Shown here piece by piece: positions 13,434-24,447 of a stretch of 64,000 bases of DNA (the stretch's first letter is position 1; every line of letters begins with the position of its first letter). A model generated the notes under the pieces. That model was given only the letters and a program-made list of their open reading frames with translations. It did no database searches and was not told the DNA's origin. Origin of the DNA: Octopus sinensis (taxonomy: Eukaryota); assembly GCF_006345805.1 (NCBI RefSeq), contig NC_042997.1, forward strand, positions 78,740,001 through 78,804,000, read 5' to 3'. The position numbers and the translations under genes are program-made.

Positions 13434-13512
<79 letters not shown>

Positions 13513-13518
<6 letters not shown>

Positions 13519-13730
13519 ATGTGGGTATACACATTTGGTGTAAAATGGTATTACACAAATAAATAGATAGGTTATCTAGAAAATAACCTATCGCAGAAAT
13601 ATACGTTAACACAGAACGCACTCCATACTACTCGAACCACACGCAGTAGGTACGATATGCAGTATTCACTGTTCAACTACCGACTGTTAAACCAACACAC
13701 ATCGAACTAACACGGTAAACCAACACGGTT
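13513..13730 (-). repeat. 3' LTR remnant of the Gypsy element
   Basis: Aligns by eye with 17840-18058 (gtgggtatacac...gcagtaggtacgata...ttcactgttcaacta...aaaccaacacggt). Confidence 0.85.
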
Positions 13731-16700
13731 TGTTTAGGTGTGTTAGCACATCAAATGTATCATAAAAGACTTCCACCAGATTTTCGTTTCTTGTGGCCGT
13801 TGACTCAGTAAACCCTATTTTTAGTTGATTTATATGTCTCTTATGTTCTTAGTTATGATCTTTTACCAAAAATAGCACTTTTCCAATCTTTTTAGTAATC
13901 ACTCCGTCTTCCCACATTTCTTTGCCGTTTTTATACATTTTAAAGAAAACTTCGTCATCAATTTTGAAAAATTTTGTATTATATCTATTGTCCGATATTT
14001 TTCTATATTTTTTTCACCCGGTAACAACTTGTTGAACACTGATCTAATCTTTCTAGCGAACATTAATTCTGCAGGTGACATTCTAGACGGGGTATTGGGA
14101 TTTTTGTGTCACTCGATATACCCTCAAAAACTGTTGAAGTGCTAGATCATCCATTATTTCGTTGTTCATTTTCTTTAAAGCCCTCTTAAATATACTGACA
14201 AAACGCTCCGCTTGTTCATTTGACCTAGGATGATACGGCAGAGTGGTCACATATTTGATACAGAACATTTTACAGAATATTTCGAACTCATTTGTAGTAA
14301 ACTGAGTTCCATTGTCAGACACAATGGTATCAGGAATACCATATCTGGTGAACAATTCATGTAAAAACTTACTGTAATCGAAGACGTTGGTTTTTCACAC
14401 TTATGTAATTCAGACCACTTAGAAAAACTGTCAACCACAACAAGGTAGTGTGAATCGTTAAGTGGACCTGCGAAATCAACATGCAGTCTGGACCATGAAA
14501 TATCTATTTTTGGCCATTGTTACCATTTTGTGGTAGGTGATTCTGTTGTTAGAGCACAGCCTCTGTATGCTCTCACTAATTCTTCAATCTTTCTGTCCAT
14601 TCTTAGCCAATACAGATAGCTTCTCATCAACGACTTCATTCTTGACCAATGTGAAATTCTTTTAGTATTCATTTCTGTGGTGTGGGCAGCACTACCACTC
14701 TTCGTACGTACATTAGCACATTATCACTAATTGAGAACAAGTTCGAATTCGTGCTGCGTTTTGCAAAACATATATTTGATTTCTCTTTTTTCAACATTCG
14801 GAATTCCTTCCAATTTTTTTCTTAATAAATTTATCATTTTCCGCTTTTAGTTTGATTTCTTCTAATGTAACTGGTAATTCTCGTACAACATTACATAAAA
14901 TACTTTTAATTTCTTTTTCTGCTCGCAACGCTGCGATCACGGTATCCTCAAACGGTTCAGTATTTTTTTATATCAATCTTGATAAACAATCAGCGTGTCC
15001 TAATTTCTTGGATAGTATAAACTCCATCTTGAAATCATAATTTAGTAATATAGTACCCCAGCGTTGCAAGTCCCATATATAGATAATAACTGACGATGGT
15101 CAGTCTGTAGTCGGAAACATCTACCAGGTAAGAATCTATGAAATTATTTTACGGCGAAAATAATCGCTAGAGCCTCTTTTTCAATTTGGCTGTAATTTTT
15201 CTCTGCTGGTAGCAAACACGAATCATGGGCCACGGTCTTCATGTTACCTTCCTTGTATTTATGTTGAATTACTGCTCCAATACTCTACTCACTGGCATTT
15301 GAAGCTAATACTCCAATGCAGGATCAAAATGTGTAAATGACCAATCTGACGTTAATATCTTTTTAATTTCGTGGAACACCTTCTGACAATTTTGACACCA
15401 ATTCCATTTTACATCTTTTTTTTTTTAGTAAATTATTTAATGGAGCTCTTACCTGTGCGTATTTAGTCTATAAATCGGATAATAGTTTGCAAGCCCCCAA
15501 AAAATTTGTAAGATAGATATATTTATCAGAGGGGGTATATATTTTTAATCGCATTTGCCCTCGACGTATCTGGTCGACGACTATCTTTATCAAAAATTTG
15601 TTCAAAGTACTTAATTTTAGGCAAAAAAATTCTCACATTTCTCCTCACCCAGTTTGAAACCGTAATCTTTTATTTTTGAAAAACACATTTCACATGCTCG
15701 ACATGTTGATCACGGCATTCATTTTTAATTAATATATCATCCAGGTAGGCCATCACGAAGTCACACTCTGCAAGCACCGTATCCTTCACTTGTTGGGATA
15801 TAGCCGGAGCAACTTATATGCCAAACGGGAGCCGGTTAAATTTGTACAGACCTTTATAGGTATTAATTGTTAACAGCTTAGTACATTCGTCTTCTACTTG
15901 TATTTCTAAGACCTAATTTCGAGAACAATTTACCACCATTTAGCTTCGATAATATTTCCTCTGGGCTAGGTAATGGGTAGTTATACTGTCTTAAACATTC
16001 GTTTAGTCCTGTCGAGAAATCTGCACATACACGAATTTTATTGTTCTTTTTTACATACACTGTTAGAGACACCCAATCTGGTTAGTCGATGTTTTCAATC
16101 ACTCCCGTTTATTCCAGTCTGTCTAATTCCTTATTCAACTGTTCCAGTGATGCAAACGATACATTACGTTTGGGTTTGAAAGCAGGTAATGAAGTTTATT
16201 TTACCTCGTGCAATCTTCGAGGTTTCCTGTAGTGTAGGTTTCCCGATTGTTCTCTATGTGTTTTCATTAATTAAAGTGAAGTCAGTGCCTGTATCTAATT
16301 GTAATTTTACATTTGTATTATTAATTTTTACATACACAAATTTCCTTTGAGTCTCGTTTGTATTTCCTATCACTGATAAACTGTTTACATAATTTTTTCT
16401 GATGAACCGTTTTCTAGGTTTTGTTTATAACCTTTTTTACCATGCTTGAAGCATTTTCGATTTTTATAAGGACAGTCGAATCTATAGTATAATTCTCCTC
16501 ATCCAAAACACGGGTTAATTTTCTACTTTTCATTTCTTACTTTCGGTCGCACCGACTGCATATGAAAGCAGTTTCTCACTTCAATTTGTTCTGTATCATG
16601 CCTTAGATTTATTATTCTCTGGCATTTCTTAGATATTTCTTGTAATGTTAGATTCTGATTCTGTTCTAATTTTGTCAGAATTAGGATACGAATTTCCCCA

Positions 16701-17509
16701 TCTTTCTTTGCCGTTAAACCTTGCACGAAAATTAAGCATTTAAGCATATTTGGTGTTACTTCATTAATTTTAAATCTCTTGCATTCTCTATTAATGATCC
16801 CAGCGTATGTAAAAAATCTTCGTTCTCTTTTTTGTAATATTCATGTATTGCCAGCGTATATTAGATAAAGAGCCTTTTTCTCTGAAGATCTTTGATAGAA
16901 TATTCACCGTTTCTTCATAGCAGATTTCACCCCGTTTCTTAGGCAATATGTAATTTCAATATTTCTCATGTTCGGCCGGGGCTAACTTTCTCAACAAAAG
17001 TCAAACTTTTTTCTTGTCTTGCCAGTCGCAGCATTCTTCTCTAAAAATCTCCTCATACCTTCTAAAGTGAACAGAGAAAGTAGTACTCTTTATATGCGAA
17101 TTCTCCGATCGAGTTGCGACCGTGTCAGGGGTGAAAGAACTAGATGTATTTTCTGTTTCTTTCTGTACCAGTTGCTGTTGCTTCTGAAATTCCAACAGCT
17201 GCTGTTGTCTTCTTCTTCTTCTTCTTCTTCAAATCTGGACTCACTTCATTAGCCACAAAGAATAATCTCTAATTCGAGCCTACTCTAAGCTACTAAGAAT
17301 GCGTGTGGTAACTTGAAGATCCACCAACCACACTCGATAGACTGGCGGTTGCACGGGCGCGAAAGCTACGTTGTTATCCTCATTCCGTAAACGGTGGCTT
17401 TTAACGGGTGGAGAGCTGAGCCATCCTGGGGTACAGAGGATTCGCAATCTAGACTAGGGTCTGAAAGTTTTACCACATCATAGTGAGTTACACTATGGTT
17501 CCTCTGCTT

Positions 17510-17711
17510 TGTGGCAGAAGTAGGAAGAAAGAGTGAGAGAAAGTTGTGGTGAAAGAGTACAGCGGGGTTCACCACCACCACCCCCGCCGTAGCCTCGTGG
17601 AACTTAGGTGTTTTTGCTCAATAAACACTCACAATGTCCGGTCTGGGAATCGAAACCGCGTTCTTACGACCGCGAGTCCGCTGCCCTGACCACTGGGCCA
17701 TTGTGCCTCCA
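17510..17711 (-). mobile_element. tRNA(Arg)-like SINE 5' part, inserted in the Gypsy leader
   Basis: ggaggcacaatggcccagtggtcagggcagcggactcgcggtcg...ggtttcgattcccagaccgg, matching 43457-43630. Confidence 0.88.
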
Positions 17712-17839
17712 CTGCTGCTGTTGTTGCAGTTGTTGCTGCTGTTGTTGTTTCTGTAATTGAATTACCGAAGCTAGTGAACCTTCCATGTTCAAGCAAAAGT
17801 CGGTCCAGCATGAGCTTTGAATAATCTCGTCGCCAAAAA

Positions 17840-18066
17840 TGTAATGACGTGGGTATACACGTCTGGTGTAAAATGATGTTGCACAAATGAATAGTTGGTT
17901 GTGGTTATCTAAAAATAGCTTATTGCAGAAATATGTTAACATAGAATGCACTTCGTACTACTCGAGTGAGACGCAGTAGGTACGATACGCTGTATTCACT
18001 GTTCAACTATCGACTGTTAAACCAACACACGTCGAGCTAACACAATAAACCAACACGGTAAAGCTA
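17840..18066 (-). repeat. 5' LTR (inner part) of the Gypsy element; probably continues at 19986-20071
   Basis: Ends in CA on the minus strand just before the PBS; direct repeat of 13513-13730. Confidence 0.85.
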
Positions 18067-18080
18067 ACACCCGTCAACTA

Positions 18081-19970
18081 TTTCCTTTAAGCACTCACGT
18101 TTTTACACAGAGGGGACAGCACAAGGACAGACAGAACACCACAGTGGGGGCAAAAAACACAAAACGAATGAAAATGAGAAAGATGTTATATAATAATGAA
18201 AATGAAATGGCTGCATGAGCCCCACTCTCATGCAGTAGCATTTGAACGTTTTTACGCACAGTTTATAATCTTTTCTTTTTTCCTTTGTTTTTTCCATTAT
18301 CATCGTTTATTTTAAGAAGCAATTTTACTTACCTTTTTTTGATATCTCATAAATGGTTCCAGTTCTCTTAATTCCACCACTGGCGTCAGTTCGTCAAACT
18401 CCACCACAACTCCCGGCGGATCAATGTCCCTTCCACACATTTCTTTTAACTTGTTATATCTATCTTTATCAATTACAATAGCCTTCACATTTTTCGAGTA
18501 AATATCCGTAGGCAACTTAATCCGTATAATAGATTTTAATTTCGTTATCTTTCTCTCAATTGTTGTGCTCTTAGCGTATGTAACGAAATTCCACCTGTGC
18601 TTTTTCAGCTTTCTTGCTTGTTTACCTTTTCCTTGCTCCACTCTCGGCACCTTCTCTCTGTCTTTATCTTCTTCCATTTTAGTTAGTGTCGCTGTTTCAC
18701 CTTCATGCTGTTGTCTTTCTATACCGCCTAAATCTTCTTCCTCCACTAGTATAGTTAGTACCCTTGCTACTGTCTCCTCTTTCTCAAGCTCCTCTTCGAG
18801 CTCTTCCTCAAGCTCCTTCTCAACCTCCTTTTCGACATCCTTTTCGATCTCCTTTTCGAACTTTTTCTCAATCACCTTATCTACTTCTTTTTTCTTTTTC
18901 TGCCTCTCCGGCGGAGAGTTTACTCTTTCTTTTCTTTTTCGTTTTTTTAACTACTGTGAATGCTTCATCTATTATTGCCGCCTCTTTCACATCATCATGT
19001 ACCACTTCGTCCACCTTCTCTTGCTCCTCAAACTGTTCCATTTGTTGTTCCTTCTTTTCTCTCTGGAGGCACCTCACCTTCATATGGCCTTTCTCGCCAC
19101 ATAGGTAGCATATGGGAGGCCTACCCTCCACTACCACTCTCAGCCTCAAATCTCCGGGTAAAATCACCTCCTCCGCAATCCCGTCCAGGTCACTCAAACC
19201 CAACTGCACGTCCACCTCCATGCCATAACCCCACCACCCCAACCTTCCGGCTCTCGTCACTTTAAGTATTTTGGAGTCTTCCTCCATGTTAAACATTATG
19301 GCTGCCACCAACCATGTTTCATCCATTTCTGGGGACACCCCTCCCACTCTCACCCCGGCAACACGCCTGCCATAGTACACCGCCAAAAGCACCGACTCCT
19401 CCGTCGTCATGGCCACAGTGGGATGCTTCGTCACTTCGTCTTCAGTCACGAATCGCACTTCCACTGCGCCATACCCCTCCTCCTGTGATAAAAGTGGTGA
19501 ACTTCTTAACTTCTTTCAAGCACTCTTCAATATCCTCGATAGCTGCAACTTCGATTCTTCTCGATGACACATTCAGTGTTTCAAATATTACAGTTCTTTT
19601 CGTTACACCGTTCGTTAAATCTTCCGGTGGCGCCAACTTCAACGTATTGCCTTCTTTTTTCAACAATTTCTCACCTTCTTTCAGCTTCCTCGGTTCCACC
19701 TTCACCTCGCGAACCTCCAAAGTCTCAGAGTCCACTCCTCTGCCAGTTGCTCTCACACAACTGTGACCTTTTGCTGGTACTTGTTCCATCTCTCCTATGA
19801 ATGGGCGGAAAACAAGCACAATCTAACAATATCGTATGCAAACAACAGTCACAGTAATTTCAACAATCAACAATCGTAGGTACACCCACGAGGGGAGACC
19901 TTCAACAAATAATCAACAATGTGACTCACGTCTAACAGGGATCAAAAATGATTAAACCAACCAGAAAAAA
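18081..19970 (-). mobile_element. ORF1-only L1/Tx1-type (HAL1-like) non-autonomous retroelement
   Basis: One coding region of ~490 codons (ATG ~19790 to stop 18312) split by 2 frameshifts. It has an RRM-like N-terminal half, CYLCGEKGHMKVRC (CCHC) and an acidic coiled region. No endonuclease or RT follows; there is a short 3' UTR; the flanking repeats are acacccgtcaacta / acacaccatcaacta. Confidence 0.72.
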
Positions 19971-20366
19971 ACACACCATCAACTACTCTCCTGGCAGCTC
20001 ATTCAGTTATTTATTGTAATCGGCTAATTTACCTTCAGTTACGTGGGGGTGTTCAATATTCTCCAATAACAGTGTGTGTGTGTGTGGTATTTATTTACAT
20101 TTTTTGAATGCAGTTGGTATATGTTCTGTGGGATATGGTTTAATTAAGCAAACGTTTGTTCATAACTCTGGAGTTTTCATTTGCAAATGTTGCTGAAATA
20201 ATACTGATGCTTTGTAATAAATTTAATGTATTTATCATTGAATACTATCTGGGCAATGATCTGCTTATAAAGTGGTGATGAAACAATTCAAATCATCTAT
20301 AGATTTTTATGGTAACTACATATATACTGATATAGATTTAAGTCCGGAATCTGCCGAATCGAGCAG

Positions 20367-20419
20367 TCCTTACTGGTGAGGCTACGGAAATAGCCAAAAC
20401 TGGCTGATCAGTATAAGGA
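20367..20419 (+). ncRNA. Type I hammerhead ribozyme, copy 1 (core mutated)
   Basis: tcctta-CTGgTGA-ggctac ggaa atagcc-aAAAC tg gctgat ca-GTA-taagga: stems I, II, III and the GUA site are present; 2 core substitutions. Confidence 0.75.
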
Positions 20420-20656
20420 ATCCTCAACCGGTGTTTTCGAGCGATTACAATACCTGTTGATTTATATGCATTCAATTATACGCTTTAACTACAATATTAG
20501 AGCTTTGTAGCTCTTATTTCTAAGCACATTGCGCACGGTTGTCTATATTAATTTTTTGTAGGCACATTAGCGATTCGCTAAATTATCTATAGATTTTTAT
20601 GGTGAATACATATATACTGATAGAGAATTAAGTCCGAAATCTGCCGAATCGAGTGG

Positions 20657-20700
20657 TCCTTACTGATGAGGCTATGGAAATAGCCGAAACTGACCGATCA
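20657..20700 (+). ncRNA. Type I hammerhead ribozyme, copy 2 (intact core, cleavage site deleted)
   Basis: tcctta-CTGATGA-GGCTAT ggaa ATAGCC-GAAAC tgaccgatca, then a ~14-nt deletion relative to copy 1. Confidence 0.75.
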
Positions 20701-21128
20701 CGATCGGTGTTTTCGGGCGATTACAGTCCCTATCAGCATATATGTATACAATTATGTGTTTTAACTACAGCATTAGAGTTGAACAAATGTATAGGCTGAA
20801 TAAATGTATATGTATGGATATATACGTGCGTGTTTGCAAGGACCCGGGGACAGGGGTTGAGGTGGTGCACTTGCACCCTCTAAAGATTTTGCGGATGCAA
20901 AATCAGAATTTGCACCCCATATACATACCTTCGCCAGGTTTAGAAAATAGTGTCTAAAAATTGATCTGTAAAAAGTTTCAAAACAAGAATAAAGGACAAA
21001 AATAAATTACAAAAAAAAAATGCCCGAAATGTTTACTGACGAGGATGGTCTTAAAATTCACAAGGAAATTCCCTAAGAAAGATATATTACTGAACTAAAG
21101 CGGTGTCAACATAAAAATTAAAAGTATA

Positions 21129-21360
21129 TCTATAATAATAAATGGCAACTTTGTGTGTTTGGGAATTTGTTACTTTAGCTCCTCCGAGACTATCCAACAG
21201 ACCTCGATGAAACTTAACACGTGTGGGGGGGGAGGCTTATGTCCATGCGGTCACTTACGCACTTGGAATCTTTTTTTTTTTAAATCGATTTTTAATCAGC
21301 ATCGATTTTTCAAAAATCGTAAAATTTCGGCATTTTTCGTACTAGCCATTGTGACATCAA
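21129..21360 (+). mobile_element. Possible Helitron 5' end fragment
   Basis: a|TCtataataataaa...gtgtgtttg start resembles the Helitron starts at 34872 and 47695; no 3' end found. Confidence 0.4.
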
Positions 21361-21364
21361 TTTG

Positions 21365-21631
21365 ACAGCTTCTAACGCTGGAGATGTACTACGGTATCAG
21401 CTGTTCACTACCAGTGAACTAAGGTAACATCCCTTATTTTTCGAGCACCATCCGCTGTATTCGAGCGTGCCAAGCAGTGCTGTTTTCTGCAAGTGCTCCA
21501 CCCTTATTGCAGCCCCTATTTGTTCCATGTACTTCTCAAGATTTTTACTCACTGTTCCCAAGGCTCCGACAATTATTGGTACTACTACCACCTTTTACAG
21601 CGACCACAACTGCTTAACCACCCAAGCTAAC
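21365..21631 (-). mobile_element. Dong/R4 LINE 3' end (family A)
   Basis: VVVPIIVGALGTVSKNLEKYMEQIGAAIRVEHLQKTALLGT; matches 33925-34165. Confidence 0.9.
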
Positions 21632-21655
21632 CTATTATTGTTATTATTATTATTA

Positions 21656-21707
<52 letters not shown>

Positions 21708-21709
<2 letters not shown>

Positions 21710-23058
21710 GTTTGCCTTTTGCTTTGTATTTGTACAAGTTGACTCCAAGTCTCACCCAGAGACCTCAAGAGATAACAAGTTAGAAGTTCAAGGTGGTATT
21801 ATTACCAAGATGCCATATATTTGGTTTTGCACAAAGTATTGTTCTAGAGAATGTTTAAGAAAACATTAAAAAAATGTATAAGGTTGTTTTAAAATATGGG
21901 ATTACATAGAACAGTATTTTACGTAGGATATAGGTAGTTCCCAAGAGCACTATCTCTTGAATTTCTGCCATTTTGGGATTTTCTGGTATCTGAGCTAGGT
22001 CGGAATCAGCCCCGTTAGCTGTCATTCCTAGGGCAGCTATGATAACAGGTGTTATTTTAGTCTTGAGGTTCCAGATTTTGCCGATTTCTATTTCAAGATC
22101 TTTATACTTGATTACTTTTTGGTAGGTCTTGACAGATACATTTGTGTCGACTGAGACAGTTATATCGATGAGGAGGCACGATTTTTATCTGAAGTCCTTC
22201 AATATAATGTCTGGCCTATTCGCATCTATCTTTTGTAAGTTTGAATGGTGAAGTTCCAGAAGAGTGAGATGTGATCATTTTCAAGCACTGGAGGTGGTTT
22301 GTATTCCCACCAGTTTTTATCGTGGGGCAGGTCCAAGTTTTTGCAAATTACCCAGTGAATATACTGTGCTGCTCTATCATGCCTTTTGAGATATTCTGTA
22401 GGCGCAAGAAGACTGCACATGGAGACAACATGATCGATGGTTTCATTTTGTTGTTTACATACATGACATGTTGGACTACTGCTGTTCTTTAATATGTTGG
22501 CATGGTAGTTCCTTGTAGGTAGGCATTGATTTTGGGCTGCTATGATAAACCCTTCTGTTTCTGATTTTAAGCCAGAAGACACTAACCATTGATGGATAAG
22601 GGCTTTGTCAACATCGACATTATTAGCTCTCTTTGGGTATTTACCATTGAGAGGTTTTTCTTGCCATTTATCAGTAAGAATATCTAAGGCAGCAGTTTTA
22701 GCACGGGTTTTCATACGCTTAGCTTTTTCTGTGTTTGTTTTCAGTACGTCTAATTTGGGGATTTGTTATATTTGGAATCCACCGAGATATTCCTTTGCCT
22801 GTTTTGTTACTGAGTATGATGCTTTCTTGTTTTCATGTTTTAAGACTAGTTTAAACATCCAGTCATCAGAGTTTTTCAGGTAGGTGTTTAGGCCGATTGT
22901 GGCAATCATTATTAATTCCAGTTGTAAAAGTCCATGGCCACCCTCTTTTTTTGGCAGGTAAAGTCGTTCTATATCTGCCTTAGGGAGGTGCATTCTATGC
23001 ATTGTCAACAATTTTCATATTTTTTCTCTTAAGATTACATATTTCAGTAATTGACCAT
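21708..23058 (-). mobile_element. Dong/R4 LINE, 5'-truncated (family B)
   Basis: HLPKADIERLYLPKKEGG, ETEGFIIAAQNQCLPTRNY, CxxC-ETIDHVVSMC, RHD, NRPDI, KYKDL; 3' end abuts (TAA)n. Confidence 0.92.
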
Positions 23059-23084
23059 ATTATTATTGTTGTAGTTATTTTTCC

Positions 23085-23873
23085 TTCTTTCTTAAAATTT
23101 TCTTCCGTTTCTCGCCGAGTGTTTTCCGTACGCCTAGGGCAGAGAAGCTCATTGTATACATTCCCAGATTACACACGCAAATTCACAGGTAAAATATGTA
23201 TTTAAAAAATTAATGAATAAATAAATTCATGAATGGATGTTGGTTTCACAGCGATAATACTCTTCTCAGTACATGAGCCGTTCCAGTCAACACGATTTTT
23301 TGCACTTCCTGTAGGGATGGTAAGCCTGGTATCATTTTCAAATAGGTTTCAGTACCTTTTTTATCATTCCTAGAGATCCCACAATCACTGGTACTGTAGT
23401 CGCCCTGAGATGCCGCATTTTTTCAATTTCCATTAGCAAGTCCTTATATTTACCTAGCTTGTCAAATTCGCAAGGAATACTCATGTCAATTAACAAACAC
23501 ATCCTTTTTGTCTGATCCTTTATGATAATATCCTGTTTATTAGCTTTTATAGTTCTGTCGGTATGTACGGAGAAGTCCCACAGAATCGACACATTTTCTC
23601 CCTCCGTCACAGCTTCAGGATGGTGTTTATACCATTTGTCAGCGGTTTTGATTTTATAATGCCGACATATTTCCCAGTGTAAATACTGGCCGACTCTGTC
23701 ATGTCTTGCTTTATATTCTACAGGTGCTAAGACTCTACACCCTGAGATTAGGTGGTCTATTGTTTCAATCTCACCGTTACAGAATCGGCATTTTGGGTCA
23801 GCTCTAATTTTTATCCCATTGGCTTGGTAGTTCCGGGTTAATAAGCATTGGTCTTGAGCAACTATATGAAACC
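23085..23873 (-). mobile_element. Dong/R4 LINE, 5'-truncated (family C)
   Basis: AQDQCLLTRNY...CRFC..ETIDHLISGC...RHDRV...KYKDL...PVIVGSLG. Confidence 0.92.
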
Positions 23874-23906
23874 TTATTATTATTATTATTATCATTATTA
23901 TTATTA

Positions 23907-23940
<34 letters not shown>

Positions 23941-23941
<1 letters not shown>

Positions 23942-24401
23942 TGCCTTTGCACACCTTCTAACGCCGGAGATATACTACAATGTCAGCTGTTCACTACCAG
24001 TGAATACAGGAGTATTCGAGCGGCTCCAAGCAGTGCTGCTTTCTGCAAGTGCTCCACCCTTATTGCAGCTTCTATTTGTTCCATGAGTGAGAGTTGTTTA
24101 AGGATATTGAATGAAACACCAGTGAGGTGAATTATTTAAACCCCAAAGAACACCTCTCAACACATGGCTATGATGCTCCCCAATACTTCTGCTTATGATC
24201 AGAGATGCACACATCGTCAACCATCAAGAAACATGCTCAACTGGTTAAGATCAAACAACTGACTAGCAAATCTGTGCTATTGAGCAGAATATTTGCTGTA
24301 GCACATCTTTTATATTAAGACAAAACATTGTACATGATAACACTTCCAGTCAGTTAAGAACAGAAGTCATGAGAGCAGATGTCTGGTACTGCATCAGGGC
24401 A
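23941..24401 (-). mobile_element. Short element between two (TAA)n tracts: unidentified 5' part plus Dong family A 3' end
   Basis: 23941-24085 matches the family A tail (21365-21530); 24085-24401 has no recognisable coding. Confidence 0.6.
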
Positions 24402-24414
24402 TTTATTATTATTA

Positions 24415-24445
<31 letters not shown>

Positions 24446-24447
<2 letters not shown>

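Larger units (their letters stand above)
13513..20071 (-). mobile_element. Decayed Ty3/Gypsy (Mag-clade-like) LTR retrotransposon carrying nested inserts
   Basis: Diverged direct repeats 13513-13730 and 17840-18066; PBS-like tggcgacgag at 17826-17835 (minus); gag ~17200-16430; protease LQLDTG; RT RVCADF and YLDD (~15745); RNase H EKEALA and TDH; integrase HVDFAGP, SDNGTQF, PYHPRSN..AER; order PR-RT-RH-IN. The right boundary at 20071 is inferred. Confidence 0.88.
20290..20780 (+). repeat. Tandem repeat, 290-bp period (~1.7 copies), each unit carrying a hammerhead motif
   Basis: aatcatctatagatttttatggt at 20291 recurs as aattatctatagatttttatggt at 20581; similarity runs to ttaactaca..attagag. 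Confidence 0.93.

Noticed and set aside
18565-19800. Plus-strand Ser/Phe/Pro-rich ORFs
   Set aside because: Antisense shadows of the Glu/Lys-rich ORF1 on the minus strand.
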